Assembly (NCBI GenBank): GCA_000934665.2
Contig: JYFJ02001945.1
Span: 1-64,000 of the forward strand
DNA from: Catajapyx aquilonaris
Taxonomy: Eukaryota
Reading direction: 5' to 3'
Length of the DNA: 64,000 nucleotides
Position numbers and translations under genes: made by a program. This document shows, piece after piece, positions 38,761 to 51,602 of this stretch. Numbering within the stretch: position 1 is the first letter of the stretch; each line of letters begins with the position of its first letter. A model generated the notes under the pieces. It was not told the DNA's origin. It saw nothing but the letters and a program-made list of their open reading frames with translations, and ran no database searches.

Positions 38761-40447
38761 GCGTTGCCGAGTTATCATGCAGCTGACACTGCTTTCATTG
38801 CTGGTACACATTTGAGGAAATGATTGCACTTGTTGTTTTTATCACGGACAAGGCCGATGCTGCTATGAGAAATTACATGCTGAATTTATAATTTTTTTGA
38901 AAAAAATGTTGTTTATTCTCTCAAACTGTGTACATAGAGCGTCTTATGCTGTGGTTATTATCAAATTTAATTTTACGGCTAGTTACACTCACCTGTGGGC
39001 TCTGTAATTAAACTAAACTAATGCAGGAATCTAAAGACATTACGCTGAGTGAGTAATTATCGAGGTAATTATTCACAGAGATTGTGCAGGCCAGTTAATA
39101 ACACAACCGACTAAACAACATTATGCATATGTAGGCTACTTATAGGCTTGTGTGTAAATAATTTTACACCTTTGAATGAATAGAAATTCTGCAGTGAGCG
39201 GGTGTTATTTCCACAGTATGCTACTGAATATGAAACGAATGAAAGATTAACTGACACATTTGAAACGGGATAAATTTAAAATGCAACCCTGCAGCTGACA
39301 CGCAGCACATGAGTCAGTGTGCTTAGATTGGCGTGTGCACATGTTGTTTGACTCCATTGTCGTAATTTTCCAGCACCCAATGGCATTCCATTCCCGTTGT
39401 TATACCGCTACTGTTGCAGCATTACCTTATTTGGAGGGGGTGTCAGAGTAGCCCATAGTATCAGCCATTTTGGGCTGCTCGTACAGTTTGTGTTTGTGCA
39501 TTGCTCTAGGTAATCCGATTGTAGCGCCACAGTAACTTCTGTACTCGCGTGCGCATTTTCCTCATGCCCATCCGCAGTCGTGACTCTCTATATGTAAAGT
39601 GTGGGAGACAGAATCAAATTCCAGAAATTGTCCTTTGTGACAATAAAAACTCTGCCAAGTGTTACAGATTGCTCTTGATGGCGGCACCTTGATCTTCCAA
39701 GTGCATGACCGGAAAGAGGTCATGAGGTCATGCAACTGCTCTCTCAATTAGTCATATCCCACCTCAAAATATCGGTGGGAAATTTCAACACTAATTCCAG
39801 CTATCGAAACCAGCCATTTTATAGGTAATTGTACACCTGCCTCTGTCAAATTTAGGCTCACTTCACCTGTACAGAGGCATTAGCATTACCGGTGGGTGAG
39901 TGGCTCTGGAGTGGAACGATTGGACAATAGACAGTGGGCATAGGCCGTAGCTAGTTGGGTGGACCGACTCTGCAAGCGAATAATTGGATCGGATTGCAAA
40001 AGAGCTCTCTGTGCGATCCTGCTGGGGCTTGAAGAGCCCCCACTTGAAATCAATAACAGTACTTGACTGATTCAACGTGACCAGATGAAGCGAGGGACGT
40101 GGTCCAACGGCCGAGAAACAGCTTTCAAAAGTGGTCGATGGAGCTGCCGCCTGCTATACTATATATACATACACACACACACACACTATAGAGAGCCAGC
40201 ATGCAGAACCGAGCCAGGCCTCCAAAAACACATTTTGGGGAAGCGCACCCTGACTCTGTTTTGCCCATGACGGACCCGGACCTATACAAACATTATTTAA
40301 TTCAGAGTGCAAAGTTTATTCGCACTCTAGGTCCAAGTTTTTTCGTCGGAAAAAGTTCGCTTTCAAAAGTTTGGAACTGAGTTTCTTCTGCTGACTGACC
40401 CACCGAGAAGATCATTAGTGCGTTACGGGCTAATTTCAAAGTTCAGC

Positions 40448-40656
40448 ACTGTACCGATTCATGAACCGATTCCGAAGGTGGTATTTTTGTGATCAACAAA
40501 ATACCGTCTACGGTACTGACTTGGAGAAAGTCCGTCGTTCAGATGTACTGACTTGAAAATGGTACATCATGATTTACCGATTCATGTACTAACTTGGACT
40601 TCTTCAGTACTGACTTGTAGTTTGATCACAAAAAGCCACCTCCAAGTCGGTACAGT
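40448..40656. mobile_element. MITE-like foldback element with internal short repeats
   Basis: Terminal ACTGTACCGA/TCGGTACAGT. Subterminal AGGTGGTATTTTTGTGATCAA/TTGATCACAAAAAGCCACCT. Four copies of GTACT(G/A)ACTTG and three of ACCGATTC. Confidence 0.6.
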
Positions 40657-42159
40657 ACATGAATTATTACTACAGTGTATAGAAATAGTGCAGATTTCTT
40701 GAAAAATTTTCTGTGGTATGCCAAATCCAATTCCTTCACTGCAGCATAATTTTGCGGGGAAAAACCCCGGTTGTTAGCCCTTCAAAAAAATGACGCCCAG
40801 CAATTAAAATGAGAGCACTTTTCCCACGCACCTGCAGCTCACTAATGACCTATCATTACCGAAAATGAGTCAGGCTGCTATTAAGCTGAGTAAGGTCAGG
40901 CCCGCGTAATAATTACCATTTTCCCCAAGTTGACTTTTGCATTCTGTCGAGTCTGAAGGGCAGCCCATTAAAAGCCAAGAGAGAGGCTGCAGCCAGTGCT
41001 CTTCGTTGCCATATAATATAGCAGTATCCTTTGTGGCAGCAGGTGCCCCTCTCTCCGTTCTCTCTGTGTCTCCGCCTTGCGCTTTTGGACTCATTTGCTG
41101 GTGGAATCTGGAAAAGAGATCAAAGTTGGCAGTATCCATCAAGGAAAAGGGGAGCCCCAGCTTTCGCTTCTAGAGCGCTTCATTTGAAGAACAGAAACGG
41201 CCATTTCTCCGGCGATCCGATTCCTGGCCTCATCCGGCTTTTCCTCAAAGGCCCTTCTTTTTTTTTTGCACAAAAAGGGAAAGGCATGAACCTAAAGAAA
41301 AGTTGATGAGGCACATGCAGAGTAACAACCGTCTGCAGGAAATAATTCCTCCACTTTCACGTGTGTTTAGCTGGAGAGAAGCTGGCTTGCTTGGCTTTTC
41401 CTTCTTATTAATTCCGCCTCGAATCTCTCCCTGAGAGAGAACCCCCCTTCCCTTGAGATGATTTATACCCCTCCCACATTTTCTTGCTCGTAGGATAATT
41501 AGCTGCTCCGCCTGCTGAGTGCGGGAAAGATGAAGACGGCAAGCGCTTGCTAAAGTCACATGGGGCACCTTCATACTTGCTCTGGGATTAAATGGCTCTC
41601 TTCCGTTACCCAACTTGAGAATCGGAGGAAAGTAAGGGCTGATAGTGGGGCTTCATACCCGGGTATCACCACCGGAGTCCTTCCTCTTCTCCCAAGATTA
41701 AATACCTTATTAGGCGATTAATATCAATGCCTACTCAATGCTGCTCATACTTAGGTCTGGTACATGGCGGACTAATGCGAAAAGTCTGGTTACTCGCTCA
41801 CCGTTGGGTATAGGCGATAAAGGCCGGTCTTAATACCGTTGGCGTAATGTGCATTAACTGTATGGATGGAAATTGTAGCAATGTTCAAGAGGGATACTGT
41901 TAGATTTCGCGAAATATGCCAAAATGATGCATATTTCAGAATTTCATGTCTTAAGTTTAATAATGGAACTGGAATAATGCACTTACATGAAGGCGAAAAA
42001 AACTGCAATAGCTGTGAATTATTATATAATTTCTATTGGTCTATAGGGCGGTATTATTTCCTGTGGGGAATTGCTTGTCAGCTGAAGGCGGCGCTTTTCC
42101 TGTATAGCGCAGCTCTCATTTCAAAATCACCCTTGTGTGTCTTTCAATTGCGAGGAGAC

Positions 42160-42850
42160 TGAACTTTCAGGATTACAATTTTCGAGGCTTTAGGGAACTG
42201 TCGTCATTATATGACACCTTCAATCAAAATTATGCCAAAACTGACGGAAACTTTCGGCGACATTTATAGTTGCCTAACTGAGTGTCTCTTTGCACTAATC
42301 AATGCTGAACGACGTGCGCTTTGAACAAGTTTTTTTTCTTCAAATTTGTGATTGCCTTCCTATGGCATTATTGCAACTCCACAGGAACAATTAATTAACC
42401 ATCGTAATGTGACTCTCGAAAAACCGAAATATTTTTCGCCTCAAGCGCCTTAGCTCTTTGTCGACCGGTATAATGAACAGCCTCGATTAGCATTAGTGAC
42501 ATGTTGATGCTTCTTCCGAAACCGATAGGCAAACTATGTGACTGTTTTATGAACACCCAAAGTCTCATGAAAGTTACGCGAACATAGATTTCATTATGGT
42601 ATAGTATAACTGGTGGCTGTACAGAGAAGCCAAAATTTTTCCGAGAAATTAATTAACCCAGAGAGTAACCAGATGACTTCCAACAACTTACTCTTTCGAT
42701 GGAGATTATTAATATTGTACCTTCATGCTTGTACTAAATTGCATTTACAAGATGGGGAGTAATATTGACAAAGTTCATAAATCTAGGCTTGTTTTATTAA
42801 AAATTATTCTGCTCGTTGCCATATAGAACCATAATAACGGGAGAGGACGC
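42160..42850 (+). mobile_element. Decayed pogo/Tigger (Jerky-like, DDE_1) transposase fossil
   Basis: Ordered remnants: KLSA (42248-42259), EQLIN (42385-42399), RLALVTC, PIGK (42522-42533), SLWY...KFFREIN*P (from 42591), SFDGD, LYLHACT (42715) and GVI (42756-42764). These match GEKLSA, EQxYNxDE, RVT..C, IGK, F..W, FLPxNxT..QPxDxGVI. Confidence 0.6.
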
Positions 42851-44449
42851 TTGCATGGCCCGAAAGTATTTTGTGAAATGTGTTTTTGAAAGCATACTGC
42901 ATTATCATGGATATTTATTTAGAACCCTGCGTAAATTTTAAACGTGATGGTCCCCTCACAATTTCCACGTCCTGTAACTTTCAAAGTTGTGTAAACCCCT
43001 CGATGCGTGCGTTTTTCGCTTAACATATCCAGTCAACGTGAAATTCATCTTGTTGGAAAGGCCGGGGCTTTCCGCAACAAATTATTTGCTCCCATGGATT
43101 TACCATATGCACGAGTAAATCCTCGCCTTACCATCTCTGTTCCCGAGGGCAGCAATGGAGGCTCTTGACCCCATCAATCTGTATATATTCCTTGGCTTGG
43201 GCTACCATCAATCACTATTATTTCCTTCTGACTTGGCCGTTTGCTTCCTTTCTACTACTGATTGTATTGGGCAGTGATTGCGTTTATCCCCACATTTCTA
43301 TTGGTATAGGAAGATCTCCCTTGAGCTAGACTTCACCTTTTTTTTCTTCCGAATCAGTCATTCCCAATGGATTTATGTTCCTCCTCTCAAGACCAGCATC
43401 TGGAAGATGCCCCCTAGAAGAAGAAGAAGAAGTAGGAAAAAAAAAAATCGTTTCCCAGTCCAGATTTCATTTTAGATATTACAGCGGAAGGCTGCGCCTA
43501 AAGTGAATGTTAAGTGAACGTTAATATTTCATTTTTCCTCGGGTGCAGGTCGGTAGGAGATGGGATGGGGCTGCAGGGGGAATCCATTAGGAGGGCAGTC
43601 GATGGGCAAATGAGGCAACAACTGGGCACAAAAGTTGGCGAATCGACCGCTCCAGGCCTTCCTTTTTTTATTGACAGCGCCATTATAAGAGGGCGCCATT
43701 TTTTACTTTCATGATGAAGCACTCCTTTAAACTCCAAGGAGGGCATTTAAATCGCGCATAATAAGTCTCAAGGCTCGTGCAGTAAATAGCGATCCATGTG
43801 GTCTGATGTAAAATCTTTTTGAAAATTCGATTACAACCTCAAAATTGGAATAAAATTCGGGTCTAAATTGATGATACAATCTACCTATTGAACACCGATA
43901 ATGGTGGTAAAAAACGTATATTTCAATATTTGTTTACACTACTTGGTGACACGTTATTCACACATAATGGTCTGTAATTAGTGTCAGAATCCGCTGGTGG
44001 ACATTACTAGGCATATTTTAGTAGACTATGTTGTATTTTGGTATCGTCACTTTTGTTTGAACGTGATGAGGTGTACGCTACTAATTATGTTCATGAGAAT
44101 AAGAGGAATATGACACTCCATATCAAAACATGGCATTGCATTAAGCTTCATCACGTTAGAGCTATGTTGAAATAGTCGCGTTTCTGAGAGCGCCGTACTG
44201 AATAATAAATAGTGCAGGGTACTGTAGAAGCAGTAAGCTAATATCGTCTTGACAGCCATAATAACGAACCAAGTGTGTGACGCCGTGTCAGGCTGAAGTG
44301 CCTAATGCACTCTGCTCTAGGACACTATTAACTAAAAATAGAAAAGTAAATGGAATAAGTGTGTGTGTGCTTTCAGTAATAAAAGAGCAACACAATTTTC
44401 TCATTAAATGTAATGTTAAACTAGAAACTGGTAAACACAACTAAAGTAA

Positions 44450-44634
44450 CTAGTAAAGTAAACTTTTTGCTGTCAATAGCAAGTCAGCGTGGACTGCCTG
44501 TAGTTCCTCTACCCACCCGCCAGAGGCGCTACCTCCACCCCATTGCGCATGCGCAGAATGTGGGCTAATCGGAAGCGTCGCGGTAACAACAATATGCGGC
44601 GGACCAATCATAATGGTATTTAATGTTATATAGA
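44450..44634 (-). mobile_element. Dispersed repeat family copy B, most complete (Helitron-like)
   Basis: Minus strand starts A|TCTATATAACATTAAA, contains the full core shared with 19044-19225, has short 3' hairpins, and ends CTAG|T (44453-44449). No TSD. Confidence 0.7.
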
Positions 44635-45323
44635 TTTGATTTCCTCTGACTCTAGCTATGAATAATTTGACACTTTGTCACTGTATTACAACTGTAATTT
44701 CTGAGCAGCTTTCTACAGATAATACAAAAAGTGTCTCATTACTGTCATCGGAAACGCGTTAATTTGATACAGGCTTACTCTGAACCATTTGAAACCATCG
44801 CAAAAATGCAGAATTAGACCCCGCTTTTTTTCCCAATGAATACTATGTATACAGTACATGGCCGAACAGTACACCTCACATGGGCTCTCCTGTTACTCCT
44901 GAGGTCATTAGGCCCATAATGGATGAAACGAAGACTCACTCGAATCCCCCGTCCCCCGGTCAGCAGCTGCACCGCCGGACATAATATTTGCTAAACGAGA
45001 ATTAGCATGTACTTTGAGTTAATAGTGTTCTCTCCCTGACTCCTCCCCAACCGCATTGTAATGGAACAGTCCCTGGCAAGAGAGAGAGCTGACTATGCGC
45101 AATTTTGCAGATCCGTCTCTAACCAACCCCCCTGTACTCTCTATCTCTTTTTTTTACGGTGTTGTTTCCATGTTTGCACCGGGTGCAGATTCCCCTAGGC
45201 AGCCGTCAAGCGGACGTCAGGACAATGGCAACAGAGAGCGGCCACCTGATCCCAGCTCGCACAGTGCACTCCGAAGAGCCGCAGAGTAGAGTGTACATTG
45301 CAGGGTATGCGCAGTGTACAACA

Positions 45324-45375
45324 CAGGGTGTTTCATTATGATCCGACGGGGTTCCTAGTTTTATGAAACACCCTG
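45324..45375. mobile_element. 52-bp Tc1/mariner-type mini inverted-repeat element
   Basis: Perfect 13-bp TIRs CAGGGTGTTTCAT/ATGAAACACCCTG. Related CAGGGTG ends occur at 6458, 23022, 57066 and 61595. The TA TSD is not preserved. Confidence 0.55.
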
Positions 45376-48300
45376 CGGTGGGCAGCCATGTCATCTCCTT
45401 GTTCCTTGCCAATGTTGCCTGCCTGCCAGAATAAACACGGCTGCGCATACTACACATGGGCGCTGGCAAATTTGCTTTTCCACCTCATCTCTAATGCAAG
45501 GGGGACTCACGTTATGGACTATCGTGCTGTCTCATGAACAAAACATGGCAGGCACAACCTTTCTCGGAGGATGCCGTCGCCTCCCCGAAGCAAGGAAGAT
45601 GAATTTGAGGGGGGCCTCCTCTGCATGCATACTGCAAAGATCTGTATTGGGAAAATTTACGAGCTTAACAGATTAGGAAATGGGGGGGGGTTGTTCAGTA
45701 TAGTTCCTGCTAGGTGTGCAGCTACTTGCCTATTGCAGTGAGATATTAATCGAGTTTCATCTCAGTAAGGCATGTGTCTTAGACTATGCATGCAAGGTGG
45801 TGTACTGGACAAGTACAGAGTCTAAGATGAGTGAAATGGGACGTTAAAGAACTGTTTGTACCTAAGTAATAAGTTGAAAGGGATGCAACCAGTTTTGGAC
45901 CTAGTTCAATTTCCGGAGGTCATTAGTTTAATGGTGAAAGAACGAAACCATTTGGCTGCAAAATCAGGCACACTGTACTGTACGTGGTGTGACACAGGAA
46001 TGATCCATGAGCGAATTAAAATTCCGATTGAGATTCGTGATAGTTCATTCCTTAAGCATGCATTAGAAAATACAAGAGCAATTATCATTAATCTCAGACA
46101 AAAGGCGGTCCCATTAATTCGGGAGAACTTGCAATCGTTTTGAAACCTGAGCCTGAAACATTGTGTATATAAATATAGTTCATATAGGATGTCAAATCCT
46201 TCCTCACTCTAACAAAAGGGTTTGAAATTTTATAATATGTACATATGCTATGTTTTTTTTAGCTAACATTTTAAATTCTTTCCCTTTCAGAAGAAGGAGA
46301 CTCTTGCATTTATCACCCAACCGGGGACTACGTTCAGTAGGGGGTCTTTAGCTTCGCGAGTGTTTAGTGTACGGATGTGCGTGTAGGTGTGTCGAGACAG
46401 ATGACAAACAGACATGACATATCCCGTGGATCGTACAGTACTCTTGTGTGAGTTTACCTTCGCTGGCTAAATAAGCACGAGAAGCAACGCCCCAGGAACT
46501 AGCCATGATCATCAGACACTGTTGGATGTGGCTTATGGCTATGTGGGGAGCCGGTGAGTACCCCCTTTGATATTCTAATTTTGCACTTAAAAAGATTTTT
46601 TTTAGAAATGTGCCATTTTTTAAAAAATATATAAGGAAAACCACTAATGCTGTTATAATTGTGGACCACTATAGTGTGCTTTTAGAAATGCCAAAATAGA
46701 ATAGTGTGTTTTCGAGGGGGGGTTGTTGGGAGGTGGGAGGGGGACATGTGCAGACCGCTGGGAAATGGCACTGTCACGCTGCAGAAATGACATCTCTTGT
46801 TTCATACATGCACTGAAAATTCCCCGTGCAAACCTTTCAGGAAGAAATTTCGTGGTTGAAAATCTTTCTCATAATTTATTTTTGTTGGGCTGCGAGGTAA
46901 TATTGTCATCCCGAATTTTCATCTCGCTATGCTGCGGGTAAGCCAGGAAACACATACTAATCACTTTATATTTCCCAAACCGGATTCCTCCTCATCAATG
47001 AGTAACTTAATCGCGTTACGTTTTATCAATTAGACGCCTGGTCAAAAAGTTGACATGAAAATATGTTGCCATTTAACGTGTCCTCGAGTCAAAATTAATT
47101 TAATTATAGACTTTCATCTGATACGATGTAATTCAACGATATGATACGATAGGATGTAATTGCGAACCCTTTTTCTTTCCTATATGTAATGGCTCTATCT
47201 CTTCTGTATTTTCCACCTATTTTTTCCCCTCTTCACCTCCGATGGCTGTTGGCGTGAGTAATAATGGCACACATGAGGTGTCGTTGAACTGGAAGGGTAG
47301 GTGCCAGTACCTGCTGGGATTTTCCGGCGGGGGCAGCTGCAGATGCGATTGCTTGAGCACATCGATTTCCCGTCTATCACACTCACTTCCCCATAGCAGC
47401 AGCCTCCCCCACTCTTTCTATCCGCTTCCCACAAACTCTTCTTGCTCAAACTGTCAGGAGGGAGTCAAGTGCAGGTAGCTTATTAGAGGCACCATCATCT
47501 AGCTTTTGCCTCCTCATCACCTTTTCGCTTCTCACACACACCCACCACCTGCTCTCGACGCCCTCATCCTGCTGGGCACCAGGAACGATGATGCATCTAC
47601 ACACTGACACCTTTCACCTCCTTACTTTCTCCACCAGAAGCTTCAGAGCTTTTTACCAGGAGGCTAATTATGTGCTGGCCTTGGCACACTCCAACTTTTT
47701 AATTATTGCGACGAACATGCTGCACTGCAGTTGATGTACTGCACATAATGCACCGAAAGATTATACGAATATTGGTACTACTCAAGGGGAATGAATTCAA
47801 CTAGAAGCTCTTGCCCACCCTTCAAAAACATCCAGAAAAAAAATACAGTATTTGGAAGTAGCAATGTGGTGAGAAGGGATTTGTTAGCTGACGCTAATGG
47901 AAACAGAATGAGCAATAATCGCCATCGCGCTGCATGATTGGGACTTTCAAACTCCCTGGTTTCAAGAGGGTAATGGACACGAGGGAAACGTGTCCGGCAT
48001 ACTGTCCATATGCGCATGCAGATTATGGAATTATTTTTTTTTGTTGGTTGGTTGGTTGGTTACCATCAGGATATTGGGCAGGAGTCAATGCCACTGCTTT
48101 CTGAAGCGCATGCAGTATGCAATCCTTGCTCCCTATCACATTTAGCTGTTACTGCTGCCAATGAACAGTCAATTTCCCACAGCCCCCCTGCTGTATTAGC
48201 TGCATGGAAAGCATTTCATCAGGCTTCAAGCAGAAAGCGGGATTATGCATTTTCCGGGCATTTACATGCAGGCCTCCCGTTATTATTTGCTGCACAAAAA

Positions 48301-48949
48301 TAACAGAAGGGAAACAATGGCTGTGTACAGTTGTACCCTTATATAAATGCGCATATGCTAATTAACTGGAGAGGCGTAACATCTGCAGCTGTATGGCTGG
48401 TTTACTAGAGTTAAAATAAAATAAAAACATTGTAGAATTTATTTTTACATAGACAGAAATTACATGTAGCGAAATTGCTAGTTGTATGTGCCGAATGCTT
48501 ATATTAGCCCTGCAATGAAAACTTGGTAGGCCTATCTGTAAAATACTCTGTGCATAAATGCAGACTGTACTCTACGATATTAAATATGTAAAACTATGCA
48601 CTAATGGTATTTTATTACACACCGCGTATTATTTCAAATCTTTAATTTTTATTGTTTTAATAATTTATGCCATATAATCAATTATGCTTATTAATTTATT
48701 GCATTTAGTGAATTTTTTACACAGTTTAGTTCAGTGTGCAAGCTTATTAATCATAGTGGTACGTTGCCATGTGCAGCATGTTACCTGCGGTGTGAGCCTC
48801 GAATATTCCTTTAAATTTTTTAAATACATTTTACTACCTGAAACCTATGCCGCACTTGCGAAGAATAAAGCATCTTTTTAAATCTCCGGCTCTGAGAAGC
48901 TAGCACGATAACAATTTACTATGATCCAGTCTAACTTCAAATTTAGGCC

Positions 48950-49400
48950 AGTTTGCTCGGGCCAAGAAAATCGGAAATTATGGTGCAACGGGGAGGTTCA
49001 GTTTTCCTCTCCGTCCAATGTAGGATATAATCTTTCTGGTGCAATTTCCTACTTCATACTTTCATGGTCAGCGGTTGTGACGTATGACGAAGGCTTGCAA
49101 CAAATAGGAGCCACTCCGATACACTCATAAAAATGGAAAAAAAATAATCTAATCAATGTCATCATGCTGAAATGGCAATTCGGGTACCAAGCATATCGTT
49201 CACTTATTTTTCTTTATAAGCTGCACATTTTAGGCAACAATTGTCCTCAATTTTTTTTAAAGGCTGAATTTGCTCCCTTTCATTCTTCATTATTATCATA
49301 ATGTAAAAATAATTGCGACAATATTTTTTAAAAATAATGCAGATGCCAGTTACGGACAATCTGGACCATACAATGACATTATGCAAATTATCTGCGCATC
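48950..49400 (+). mobile_element. Possible decayed Tc1-like transposase fragment
   Basis: RKLWCNGEVQFSSPSNV (cf. IxFSDEAxF..G.VN), WS, TPIHS*K (~49113-49133, cf. PLHSxK), and later FKNNADA (cf. FQQDGA). Confidence 0.4.
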
Positions 49401-49969
49401 AGTGACAGTGCCAATATATTCCCAATATGTATGAACACCACCGCGTGTTTTTTCACAAGCAGCTTATTTGCATAGCATTCGAGAGCCCCTTGTTCTGAAC
49501 ACCCGGTGTGTGTGCCCACGCACACGAGACCTGCGAGACACCTGGATATTGCACCCAGACCTGATAAACATGCAAATATTTACGAAACCAGAATTTAGTG
49601 AATCACTTTGAAGCAGGAGGCGCATGTAAGGTCACGGAACCTGGAGCAAATGTCTGAACCCGTGATGAAGGTATATATAGGGGAAGAGATGCTAGAGAGT
49701 TGAGGCTGGATTCTAGTGAGGTGGCTTGGAATGAAGCCCGACACGCCCGGAAAATGTCCCTCAGGAGACACTATCGTCCCCCCCTTCCCTCTTTCCTCGC
49801 CTTCAGGACTCTCCCCCCCACAAGCTTCACCAAACACCTCTCACCTTCCCTTCCTTGCAGCTAAAGATAAACAAAGAAAAATGAGATGTGGGCTCCCTTG
49901 GGATGGGCTTACTTTTATCGTCTTTTTAGAGCTCCCCTTTCCCTCCCCACCCTCCTATACCTTCATCGT

Positions 49970-49992
49970 TGTGTGTGTGTGTGTGTGTGTGT
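49970..49992. repeat. (GT)n microsatellite
   Basis: Direct reading. Confidence 0.9.
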
Positions 49993-51517
49993 TTTTTTGC
50001 GAGCTCCCTGTGGGGCTGTTTAGTGTTTAGACCCGGGCCTATACTTTAGGCCCACTCCGATTTGTCGCTTGGTAAGTCGCCAGACTCGTTGCTTCACTCA
50101 CATTTTTCCTGGACCGAATCGCCGATACTAATTGCAGGTTGAGCCAGTACAAGCACAGTCGCAAAAAGGTTGGGCCAATAACATATTTCCCTACATATAA
50201 AGCAGAAAGTTTGTTGGTGTTTATGTATGTCACGGCTACCTAACCCTCTTTCAGAGTACAGAGAGTGCTGAAACTTGACTCACTGACGCTGATCCTGTTT
50301 GAGAACATCATGAAGGACAACTACTGTACTAAAATTAGCTTTCTATCTAAAATTTCCAGGTTAAAACTTATTGACTGGGCTATTTAACCAGCTATACGGA
50401 CCCCGCAGCATATCCTGCAACTTTTATTACGAATCAGCATTTTGCAAAGTTTTCGATGCAGCAAAACCTCGGTTGAATCCAGCCTAAAGGATCTCTTAGC
50501 CTCCCAAGAGACGTCTCGTTGCTCATCTGAAATCACCCAACTAATGCCTAAAGTGCCTCTGTTCCTCCCCATTGGGAAAATGGAGGTTTCTTCAAGCATC
50601 AATTGGTATTACCCTCCCTTTTTTGGTAAGGAAATGTATGTTGTTACATCAAACGAATGTCCCATATTCTCCGTCACGGCACGTCACGCTTGGACTGCTC
50701 CTAATCACTGCTTTTATCCGCCCTCTAAACAGATCAGACCGAATATATAGTGAAGCAACAGATAGGAAATTAGTTTTTGGAAGCAATTAAGGAGCCCAAC
50801 TGCGGTTCAGAGGCGCCCGTCCAGATTTTCTCCAGCGCTGCTCCCTTATCAACCGCACTATGTTTGGTCCCGCTGACCCAAGAACGTGCCCTATCTCCTT
50901 CTATAAGACTGGATGGATAAAAAAAATATATAGAAGAGTCTCTCGCAGCACTTGCAATTTCTCCTTCCTTTCCAGATCTCTATGGCTATCTGTGTTGTCC
51001 CAGAGCAAAAGGAATGAAAGCATCGCTTCAGCTCAGCCAATAGACAAGCCAAACACGCTATTCGTTTTTTTCTCATTCTTTATTATTACTCTCTCTGGAA
51101 GTGCACTGTTGTCATACGTTCACAATATTCAGAACTTTGCCAGTTTATTTTAAGCAATTTTTACTGTGCTTGAGGCTCTGGGTCTGGCTAGAATTGATAA
51201 TAATTATTCGCTGCCAATGCCGGTTGTGTTGCGTTATTCTGTCTGTCATATGTTAATTTTCATGTGGTGGATGTGACAGTAAAATAACATTTATTGTTGT
51301 TTTAATGCTCGTTTTACAGTGCGTTATATTTTGCGGGCAGCCACGGGGCAATTAGTGCCTAACGTTTGTAGGAATGATCATATTTTTGTATGTACATTTG
51401 GTAGACCTGGATACACTATTGAAGTATTTTGCTGTCCGCAGGATATACACACTCTGTAAATATCTCTAAACGCGGCGAAACCTCTGCGACACCAAGCGCT
51501 TTTTCAAATGTTGCCAT

Positions 51518-51602
51518 TCTATAAAATATTAAAATCCTTAGGGTTGTATGGTTATTCTGATTGGTCCGTCGCATATTGTTACCGCGACGCTTCCGATTGG
51601 CT
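51518..51602 (+). mobile_element. Dispersed repeat family copy C (Helitron-like 5' part)
   Basis: TCTATAAAATATTAAAATCCTT...TGTATGGTTATTCTGATTGGTCCGTCGCATATTGTTACCGCGACGCTTCCGATTGG closely matches the reverse complement of 44565-44612. Confidence 0.7.

Noticed and set aside
45755..45836. Superficial resemblance to the 18S rRNA 5' end and a stem-loop
   Set aside because: No contiguous identity to the conserved 18S start; only 9-bp inverted arms.
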